Shown here: piece by piece, positions 53,565 to 64,000 of the stretch | How the letters are laid out: each line of letters starts with the position of its first letter | How positions within the stretch are numbered: position 1 is the stretch's first letter | Assembly: GCA_038087875.1 (NCBI GenBank) | Contig: CM075997.1 | Coordinates: forward strand, 3,164,001-3,228,000 | Reading direction: 5' to 3' | Origin: Malacoraja senta | Lineage: Eukaryota | DNA: 64,000 nt | The notes under the pieces: model-generated | What the model saw: the letters and a program-made list of their open reading frames with translations, nothing else | What the model was told of the DNA's origin: nothing | The model's database searches: none | Position numbers and translations under genes: made by a program

Positions 53565-54022
53565 GGCTACAAAAAAGTAGTAAACACTGCCCAGTCCATC
53601 ATCGGCTCTGACCTCCCTACCATCGAGGGGATCTATCGCAGTCGCTGCCTCAAAAAGGCTGGCAGCATCATCAAGGACCCACACCATCCTGGCCACACAC
53701 TCATCTCCCTACTACCTTCAGGTAGAAGGTACAGGAGCCTGAAGACTGCAACATCCAGGTTCAGGAATAGCTACTTCCCCACAGCCATCAGGCTATTAAA
53801 CTCAACTCAAACAAAGCTCTGAACATTAATAGCCCATTATATGTTTATTTGCACTTTATCTGTTTTATTTATTCATGTGTGTATATATTTATACAATGGT
53901 ATATGGACACACTGATCTGTTCTGTATTCATGTCTACTATATTCTGTTGTGCTGAAGCAAAGCAAGAATGTCATTGTCCTATCTGGGACACATGACAATA
54001 AACTCTCTTGAATCTTGAATCT
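53565..54022 (+). mobile_element. Rex1/Babar-like LINE 3' end
   Basis: LPTIEGIYRSRCLKKAGSIIKDPHHPGHTLISLLPSGRRYRSLKT..SRFRNSYFPTAIRLLN; tail (cttgaat)n. Confidence 0.8.
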
Positions 54023-54929
54023 TCACCACTATTGTTTTGTTCCACTGGTCCACTGAGTGGAAACGTACATTCCAGATTTCAAAACTCTTTAAGACTTTAT
54101 TTGAAAAATGAATACTAATTAAGACGAGTAAAGTCTGGAGTAATTTTGACCGAACAACACAGATACAGACTTTAGGCTTTGGAGATACAAAGTGAAAACA
54201 GGCTCTTCGGCCCACCAAGTCCGCTCCAACCAATCAAATGTTTCTTAATAGTACCTGCCTCAACTATCTCCTCCGGCAGCTCATTTCATACACCCACTAC
54301 TCTTTTTGTAAAAAAGGTGCCCATTAGCTTCCTATTAAATCCCCCCCCCCAACATCTTAAACCTATGTCCTCTGGTTCTTGATTTCCCAACTCTGGGCAA
54401 GAGACTGTGGTTTTACCAATCTATTCCCTGCACGATTTTGTACAAGTCTATAAGATCACCCCTCATCCTCCTGTGCTCCAAGGAATAGAGTCCGAACCTG
54501 CTCAACCCTATAGCTCAAGGCCTCGAGTCCTGGCAGCATCCTCATAAATCATCTCTGCAAACGGTCGGTCTGAGGAAGGGTCTCGACCCGAAACGTCGCC
54601 TATTTCCTTCACTCCACAGATGCTGCCTCACCCGCTGCGTTTCTCCAGCATTTTTGTCTACCTTCTGCAAAGGACTCTGTACATTTATTTACCCAATCTA
54701 TTCCTCTCATGATCTTGTACAGATCCAGTGTTCACCACATTTTGTAATCACCACCTCCCTCTTTGTCGGGTTATAATCAGCTGGTAACAGTTGATAAAAA
54801 CGAGCTGTGATGCGCGGCCAAGATTACGTGAAAGGGAAACCGCTGACGCTGCCCCTGCCAGATGTTGCTGACTCACGCACCGCATTGTGCATGGATGTGA
54901 CCAGAGTTCTCGTCAGGACGCATGCAACT

Positions 54930-55660
54930 CTTCACACATACAACGCAAATTGGAGGAACAGCACCTCATACTTCACTTGGGCAACTTACAACCCAATGGT
55001 ATGAAAATTGATTTCTCTAAGTTCAAGTAAACCTTGCATCCCCTCTCTCTCCGTCCTTAGAATGTCGTAGAATGTGGCCACAGTCTTAGAATAAAGGGGT
55101 GGCCATTTAAGACTGAGTTGTGAATTTGTGGAATTCCCTGCCACAGAGGGCAGTGGAGGCCAAATCATTGGATGGATTTAAGAGAGAGTTAGATCCATCC
55201 AAGGGGCTAGTGGAATAAAGGGATATGGGGAGAAGGCAGGCACGGGTTATTGATTGGGGACGATCAGCCATGATCACAATGAATGGTGGTGCTGGCTCGA
55301 AGGGCTGAATGGCCTCCTGCACCTATTTTCTATGTTTCTATGTTTCTATCCCTCCCCCACCCTAGTTGTCGCATTAGTTTCACTGTCATTCTGTTGAGTT
55401 TCACTGTTTGTGTAACTCATTATCAACTTCCCCACTGCCAACAATGGATCATTGTGGGCTCCACCTCTCCTGGATCATCATTACTTTTTGCATATCTTTC
55501 ATTCATTTATTCTATTTTCCATCTATATCTCTTGTTTCCCCCTCCCCTGACTCACAGTCTGAAGAAGGGTCTAGACCTGAAACGTCACCTATTCCTTTTC
55601 TCCATGAGATGCTGCCTGACCCGCTGAGTTACTCCAGCATTTTTATGTCGATCTTCTATA
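54930..55660 (+). mobile_element. Penelope-like element 3' portion interrupted by a CR1 3' fragment (about 55058-55347)
   Basis: RKLEEQHLILHLGNLQPNGMKIDFSKFK*; the downstream part resembles the reverse complement of 46331-46560; hammerhead-like motif at 55557-55590. Confidence 0.72.
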
Positions 55661-55826
55661 ATAGTTCTTCCTGATTAGGTTCCATAACATGCTGTTTAGT
55701 TTTTCTTTAGTTTAGTTTATCATTGTCACATGTACTGAGATAGAGCGAAAAACTTTTACGTGCTTTGCAGTCAAATAAAAGACTACACGATACAATCAAG
55801 ATGTCAACTATGCAGTTATAGGATAA

Positions 55827-56053
55827 AGGGCCTGTCCCATTTGGCGATTTTTTCGGCATCATATCAGTGTCGCTAAAAGATTTTCAACATTTCAAAATCC
55901 AGCGGCGACAAAAAAAACGTTGCGACACTCGAAAAAAAACATCGCACGTCATACGCCATCACACTGCGTCACGCTGCGACGTTTCGGTGACCTGATACGT
56001 CAGTCAATGAGGCCGGCAGTCGCCGAAAAAAGTCGCCAAGTGGGACAGGCCCT
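55827..56053. mobile_element. PIF/Harbinger-type MITE, subfamily C
   Basis: TIR AGGGCCTGTCCCA.TTGGCGA and its reverse complement; TAA TSD; different internal sequence. Confidence 0.83.
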
Positions 56054-57885
56054 TAAAGGGCACAACATTTAGTGCAAAGCTGCAACATTGGTGTCCATTA
56101 AAGTCCGATTAAAAGAGAGTTCAACGGTCTCCAGAGAGGAAGATGGGAGGTCAGGACCGCACTCTAGCTGATGAGCGGACCATTCAGTTGCCTGATAACA
56201 GCCGGGAAGAAACTGTTTCTGAATCTGTAGGTGTGCGTTTTCAAACTTATGTACCTCTTGCCTGATGGGAGAGGGGAGAAGATGAAGTGACCGGGGTGAG
56301 ACTGGTCCTTGATTGTGCTGGAGACAGTACCTGAACCTAATCCACAAACTCCGTTTCCATGGTAACTGTGTCAGTTGATTAGTCCAATCTAGAAACAGAT
56401 TAAAATCTAGCAACTGCAATTTCCTTTTTAGATTGAACATAGAACAGTACAGCACAGGAACAAGCCATTTGGCCACTATGTCTCCTCTGCCTCCATGTGA
56501 TCCATATCCATATAAGCCTTTAATATTTCCTTCTTAATGCCTCACACGTCTCCATATTATATTTAGGTACAAAATACTGGAGTAACTCAACGGGTCAGGC
56601 AGCATCTCTGGAGAAAAGGAAATGGTGACGTTTCGGGTTGAGACCCTTCTTCTTAACCCGAAATATCACCTATTCCTTTTATCCAGCAATGCTGCCTGAT
56701 TCCGTGAATTACTCCAGCATTTTGTGTCTATCTTTGGTGTTAACCAGCATCTGCAGTTCCTTCCTACCCATATTATATTTCATCCTCTTATCCTCACAAT
56801 CAACCAATCTATACCCTTGGTAGACTCTTTGTGTTTTCACATTTGCTAACCCCCCTCTCTGAGTATTTTTGTGAATTTGGCTCCATTACACCTGGCCTGA
56901 GTCATTGATAAAGTCACAGAGCACGGGAACAGGCCCTTCAGCCCGCCATGAACATGCTGACCCATCAAGAACCTATCAATGCAAATCCCATTTACAATGC
57001 TAATCTGAAGAAGGGTCTCGACCCGAAACATCACCCATTCCTTCAATCCAGAGATGCTGCGTGCTGAGTTACTCCAGCATTTTGTGTCTGTTTCCCAAAT
57101 AAACCAACTAATGGTCAATTGTTGACTATACCCTGGCAATTCAATTGCTTCTTACACAAAGCTGGGTGGCATTGTGAGCAGTGAGGAGGATGCTATGGGG
57201 CTGCAGGGTGACGGTCCTATCCAATATAGACTTCTTCCTCCTGCGTATGGCGTGCACAGCCTTAAGTTGTAGGACAACTTGTTCTATTTGATCTTATTGG
57301 GTTGTGCACGCCAGGTTGATTGCATTCGTCGAAACAGGGCGGACCACGTGAAGGTTGCAATCTCCCACCCCCAATATAGACTATGCATGGCTGAGGGCCG
57401 AGTCCTGATCCCTGTTGCATCTCAATGTTAGTGATTGCCAACCCAAGAACCACTGCTGTTCCAGCTCAGATAAGCCGATGTTGCCTCCTCAGCAAAATTC
57501 CACAAGACCAGTTAAACATGACCTTCCCTGTTAACCTCTGTTAACATGAGTCATTTATGCAGGTCTTCAGAATTCATTTAGTTTAGTGTAGTTTTATTGT
57601 CATGCGTACAGAGATACAGTGAAAAGATTTTGTTTGCATGCTATCCAGTTTAAAAAAAAGACTACACATAAATACAATCAATCTGTCCGCGGTGCAAATA
57701 TGACATTTAGTGCAAAGATCTAACATTGAAGAAAGTTCAAAGGTATCTAATGAAGTGGATGGGAGGTCCGTTCATTTGCCCAGTAACAATTGGGATGAAA
57801 ATGTCCCTGAATCTGGAAACCCGCTGAGTTTCTCCAACATTTTTGTCTACCTGAATCTGGAGGTGTGTGTTTTCAAACCTCGAAT

Positions 57886-58287
57886 AAGATTGAGGGGGGA
57901 TCTTATAGAAACTTACAAAATTCTTAAGGGGTTGGACAGGCTAGATGCAGGAAGATTGTTCCCGATGTTGGGGAAGTCCAGGACAAGGGGTGACAGTTTA
58001 AGGATAAAGGGGAAATCCTTTAGGACCGAGATGAGAAAAAAAAAATTCACACAGAGAGTGGTGAATCTCTGGAACTCTCTGCCACAGAAGGTAGTTGAGG
58101 CCAGTTCATTGGCTATATTTAAGAGGGAGTTAGATGTGGCCCTTGTGGCTAAAGGGATCAGGGGGTATGGAGAGAAGGCAGGTACAGGATACTGAGTTGG
58201 ATGATCAGCCATGATCATATTGAATGGCGGTGCAGGCTCGAAGGGCCGAATGGCCTCCTCCTGCACCTATTTTCTATGTTTCTATGA
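57886..58287 (+). mobile_element. CR1 (HER1-type) LINE 3' fragment
   Basis: RLRGDLIETYKILKGLDRLDAGRLFP...FTQRVVNLWNSLP with tail ttctatgtttctatg. Confidence 0.88.
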
Positions 58288-59606
58288 TACCTGCTGTACC
58301 TGCAACGACGAGGTGGCCGTGGCGCGGCTCAGCCAGCAGGGGTCAGTGTCGGCCATGTGTGTTCTCCCCGTGACTGCAACATGTATATTCGAAGGTACAC
58401 AAAAATATATTCGAATATCTGGTAGACAAAAAGGCTGGAGAAACTCAGCGGGTGAGGCAGCATCTATGGAGCGAAGGAAATAGGCGACGTTTCGGGTCGA
58501 GACCCTTCTCCAGACTGAAGGGTCTGACATATTCTGCTTATTCTAATATCTGAGTCTGATGAAGGGTCCCGACCCTAAACATCACCTATTCCTTTCTCCA
58601 GAGAAGCTGCCTGACCCGCTGAGTTACTCCAGCATTTTGTGTTGTGTCTATCTTCGGTGTAAAACAGAGTCTGCAGTTCCTTCCTACACAATACTCTAAA
58701 CCTGAGTTGTGGTGCTGCATTTGTGTAGGTTTTCTTCCTGTGTTTGTTTAGGTTGACAGCATATTTCGGTTTGCATTATTTTAATTTAGTTTAGTTTAGT
58801 TTAGAGATACAGCGCGGAAACTGACCCTTAAGGCCCACCGAGTCCGCGCAGACCAGCGATCCCCGCATATTCACACTATCCTACACACACTGGGGACAAT
58901 TTACACTTATACCAAGCCAATTTACCTGTACGTCTATGGATTGTGGGAGGAAACCGAAGATTTCGAGATAAACGAGAAAAAAAAGGTCCAATAGTCTGAA
59001 GAAAAGTCTCGACCCGAAACATCGACCATGCTTACTCTCCGGGGATGCTGCCTGTCCCGCTGAGTAACTCTATCATTTTGTTTCATATCATAGAGACATA
59101 GAGTGATGCAGTGTGGAAACAGGCCCTTCAGCCCAACTTGCCCACACCGGCTCTCATGTCCCAGCTACATTAGTCCCACCTGCCTGTGTTTGGCCCATAG
59201 CCCGCCAAACCTGTCCTGTCTATGTACCTCTGTAGATGTACCTATCTATGTGTCTGAAGAAGGGTCTCGACCCGAAACGTCACCCATTCCTTCACTCCAG
59301 AGATGCTGCCTGTCCCGCTGAGTTACTCCAGCTTTTTGATCCTATCCATGTAGACAGTTTCTTAAACGTTGGGATAGTCCCAGCCTCAACTACCTCATCT
59401 GGCAGTTCGTTCCAAACGCCCACCACCCTTTGTGTGAAACAGTTACCCCTCAGGTTCCTGATAAATCTATCTTCTTCCGATGTCCTTAAACCTTAAACCA
59501 ATGTCCTCTGGCCCTCGATTCACCTACTCTGGGCAAAATACTCTGTGCGTCTACCCGATCCATTCCTCTATCTTCTTTCTGAGAAGAACTTCATCTGTCT
59601 ATCCAC

Positions 59607-60343
<737 letters not shown>

Positions 60344-60543
60344 NNNNNNNNNNNNNNNNNNNNNNNNNNNNNNNNNNNNNNNNNNNNNNNNNNNNNNNNN
60401 NNNNNNNNNNNNNNNNNNNNNNNNNNNNNNNNNNNNNNNNNNNNNNNNNNNNNNNNNNNNNNNNNNNNNNNNNNNNNNNNNNNNNNNNNNNNNNNNNNNN
60501 NNNNNNNNNNNNNNNNNNNNNNNNNNNNNNNNNNNNNNNNNNN
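60344..60543. other. Assembly gap (200 N, probably a placeholder size)
   Basis: Run of exactly 200 N. Confidence 0.99.
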
Positions 60544-60555
60544 CCTGTGTTCCAG

Positions 60556-60758
60556 GGACATCCAACTGGTCTGGCGACTACTTTGAAGACACGGCGGGGG
60601 TGGGGCTGGTAGTGAACCAGACGGCTTCAAGGCGGGGTCCGCCAGAGCCCACCATCCAGCAGCGACTACAGAAGGTGTTCCAGCGGGACTGGGACTCGCC
60701 CTACAGCAAGCTCATGGAGCCCGGGCTGAAACGGCACGATGTGTGTAGATCCTTCTAA
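60556..60758 (+). CDS. PLD3: Terminal coding exon of a PLD3/PLD4-family gene (GTSNWSGDYFEDTAGVGLVVNQT...LQKVFQRDWDSPYS...CRSF*)
   Basis: Acceptor cctgtgttccag just after the gap, phase-1 start inside Gly. GTSNWS.DYF..TAG and F.RDWDSPYS match the PLD3-family C-terminus. The paralog (PLD3, PLD4 or fish pld7-like) is less certain than the family. Confidence 0.8.
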
Positions 60759-62254
60759 ACCACCTGGGACGAGGAACGGCTCCCTCCACGCCGAGAGCCA
60801 AAGGACCAGCGCGGCCCTGGAAACGGAGCCAGGGACCCGAACCGGCGGCTCGTGGATGTCCACTAGGACGAGCAGGATGCAATCACCAACCTCCTGAATC
60901 CCCGTCGGGAATTCTCCTGACCATCGTTGTGGCTTTGGCAGACTATCCGGGCAATTCCCAAGTCCGTTTTTGCCTTGTTGTGGGCAGGGAATGATTTGAG
61001 GCACCCTCGGGAAAATTCAGCGCAATTTCTCCTCGCCAAAGACGGAGAGATGGTGGCTCAACGCTTGCTTATCACTCTCCCTTATCCATGTTCCTCTGTT
61101 ATCCCCCCCCACTGTGCCCAGGTACAGCATTGCAGTGATTGGAAAGACACACAATGTTGGAGTAACTCAGCGGGTCAGTCAGCATCTCTGGAGAATGATT
61201 CAGACCGGAATCCTACTTCGGGAACTTCATCTATCCCATGTTCTCCATGGGTGACGTTTCGGGTCGGGACCCTTCTTCAGACTGGAAGTAGAGAGGAGGG
61301 GGGGGGGTGGAACTGGAGGTAAGAAAAAACAGTTTCCTCCCCTCTACTTTCAGTCTGAAGAAGGGTCCCGACCCGAAACGTCACCCATTCTTTTTCTCCA
61401 GTGATGCTGCCTGACCCGCTGAGTTACTCCAGCATTTTGTGTCTCTCTTCAGTATAAACCAGCGTCTTCAGTTCCTAGCTACATGGCGTCTGTATTTCCT
61501 TGATTTTACATGGTACTGTAGTGGTTGGGGCAGTCAACAGCAGTCTCCCATCTCTGGGACAGGAGTCACACCTAGATCATGGCACTACACAGCAGAGAAA
61601 CAGGCCTTTCAGCCCATCTTGGCCAAGCCAACCAAGTTGCCATATCGGGGTAGTCCCATTTTCCTGCATTTGTCCCTCCAAACCCTTCCTATCCATATAT
61701 GTCCAAATATCTTCAAAAATAATAATTGCATCTGCTTCTAAGGTTTCCCCTGGCAGCCCATTCCAGATACATGCTACCCTGGGTGAAAAAGTTGCTCCTG
61801 AGATCCCCCTTAAATACCACCCCTATCACCGTAAACCGATCCCGTCTGGTTGAAGAATCCTCCACTCTGGGGCCGACTGTGAGCGTCCACTTTATCCGTG
61901 CCCCTCGTGATCTTGTACACGTCCAAAGCCACCCCTCGGTCTCCCACGCTCCACATGTGGGGCCACTGCCTTTGCTCTCTGTAGCTGAAGGGGTCTCTGA
62001 CTCTCGGCTTGAGTTTAACCCAGCAGAGAATTGGGCTGAGGCGATGGTATCAAACTGGCCTGCGCTGCGGGGGCTTCGAAGACAGTGTAAGGTCATAAGG
62101 AATTGGAGTAGAATTTGGCCATTCGGCCCATCAAATCTGCCCCGTGGAGAGAGGGGCTTAACAATGCACCTAGCCCAACCCAGTCCTTGCCCTGTCCCAG
62201 TGTGAAGGGACAGTGTAGAGGGAGCTTCACTCTTTTTTCGCCTTCGTCTTAACG

Positions 62255-62615
62255 AGGACTTTATTCAGTAATTGCAATTTACAGTGTACCGGAGCGTACG
62301 AAGACTTTCAATGGTCACATTACACCAGGCAATCATTATACAATGGTGGCATCTTTATCGACAATGCACTCGACCCACCGCGGCGGCCAGCCTTCACGGA
62401 AGGCCTCAAGAGTCCCCATGGGCACCGCGTGCTTGCTCCCTCTCACCAGGGACACACGGGCACGGGCGTAGGCCAGGAAGAGGGGCAGGCAGCCGACTCG
62501 GGCAGAACCCGCGGCTGCCCGCTGCCTGGAGCCGTGAATGGCCATCTTGGCTAGGCCCATCTTGGCTAGGCCCAGAAGCAAACAGACTCTCCCTCCCACC
62601 CTCCCTCCTCCATAC
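62255..62615 (-). mobile_element. Tx1-like retrotransposon 3' fragment
   Basis: LLGLAKMGLAKMAIHGSRQR...CLPLFLAYARARVSL...LEAFREGWPP, with a 15-bp internal duplication. Confidence 0.65.
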
Positions 62616-62924
62616 CGAGAGACCAAAGATCAGGAGCGTGAGGTTAAAGTGCCAAAACTTGAGGAGCAGCCCTTTCTGATACTCAAACGGGTGCTATCTC
62701 TGCCCTGAGAGAGTGTGTGGCAGGCCAGTTCAGGGAGAGCTTCAATTTGTGCCTCACATCGCTCTGTTAAAAGTCTTACCCAAAGAAACAACATGCGTTA
62801 CATGAATTAAAGTTACCCTTTCTTGATTAAAGATTCTCTTTGGTTGCCGTGTCAGTGCAGGTGCAAGAGAAAGTGAACGTGAAGCCCAAACCTATGACTC
62901 AAACTCGTGCAAAAATGGTTGGGA

Positions 62925-63220
62925 TTTAGTTTAGAGATACAGCGCGGAAACAATCCCTTTGGCCCACTGAGTCTGCTCTGACCAGCGATCCCAGCACACT
63001 GACACCATCCTGCGCACAAGAGGGACAATTTACAATGTTAACTGAAGCCAATTAACCTACAAATCTGTACGTCTTTGGAGTGTGGGAGGAAACCTGAGCA
63101 CCTGGAGAAAACTCACCCAGTCACGGGGCGAAAGTACAAACTCCGTACAGACAGCATCCGTAGTCAAGATCAAACCTGTGTCTCTGGCGCTGTAAGGCAG
63201 CAACTCTACCACTGTGCCAC
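62925..63220 (-). mobile_element. HE1-type SINE
   Basis: Reverse-complement match to the family. Confidence 0.8.
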
Positions 63221-64000
63221 TAGGCTACCTCGCCTTAAATAAAATTACAAATTGGTTTCGCATCTCACACATATTAAACTGTTTATCGCGAATCTGCCAG
63301 GCATGAAATGCCTCAACCCACAATTTCATCAAAGTTAGTTCAAACAATCACCATTCACTCTGACCAAGTCCTGGAGCATGTGGGACCTTCAGAAGGCAAC
63401 GGAGACTCTGGAGTTATGGAAGAATTGTCTCCAGATGCCAAGTCTGATTTTTGGAGGATAGTTTTGCGATTAGAGATTAGAGATTAGAGATTCCTTTATT
63501 TGTCATTCAGACCTTTCGGTCTGAACGAAATTTCGTTGCCTGCAGTCATACATATAATAATAAATAATAAATGCAACGCTAAGATTAATTATGATTCAAT
63601 TTTGTGTCTGGGATAAGGAAGATCAGCAGGAATCTCCACTCCCCATCACACGTCTAGTCAATTATCCTAGGACCGGCTCCCAACACTCCCCATGAAAAAT
63701 GATTTAAAACAAAACAGCTATGTGTACGAGACTTCGACACCATAAGTCACAGGAGAGGATTAGGCCATTCGGCCCATTGAGTCTGCTCCACCATTCAATC
63801 ATGGCTGATCAATCTTCCCCTCTCAACCCCATTCCCCTGCCTTCTCCCCATAACCCCTGACACTCGTACTAATCAAGAACTTATCAATTTCTGCTTTAAA
63901 ACACCCAATGGCCCCCACAGCCGTCTGTGGCAATGAATTCCACAGATTCACCACCCTCTGACTGAAGAAATTCCTCCTCGTCTCCTTTATAAAGGTACTT

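Overview
Vertebrate genomic DNA, most likely from a skate or ray (inferred from dense HE1-type tRNA-derived SINEs and HER1/CR1-type LINE fragments). The main gene is an inositol-trisphosphate 3-kinase, best matching ITPKC, on the + strand. Six catalytic-domain exons (29683-41922; 100/217/205/102/72/204 bp, all GT-AG, frame-consistent, 299 aa) are followed by a repeat-poor 3' UTR to about 45.9 kb. Its first exon is not visible and presumably lies upstream, so bases 1-29682 are probably intron. A lone terminal coding exon of a PLD3/PLD4-family gene (60556-60758) sits just after a 200-N assembly gap. The rest is transposon-derived: HE1 SINEs, CR1, Rex1/Babar, Tx1, a Crack/L2-like RT fragment, Penelope-like pieces with minimal hammerhead-ribozyme motifs, seven PIF/Harbinger MITEs and hAT-type MITEs. 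The most unusual observation is a TIR- and TSD-bounded DNA transposon (11132-12168) carrying what looks like TDP2 exon 1 (UBA-like domain). It has an intact phase-0 donor that could splice in frame to the ITPKC catalytic exons. All family assignments are from recognition of motifs; no database search was run.
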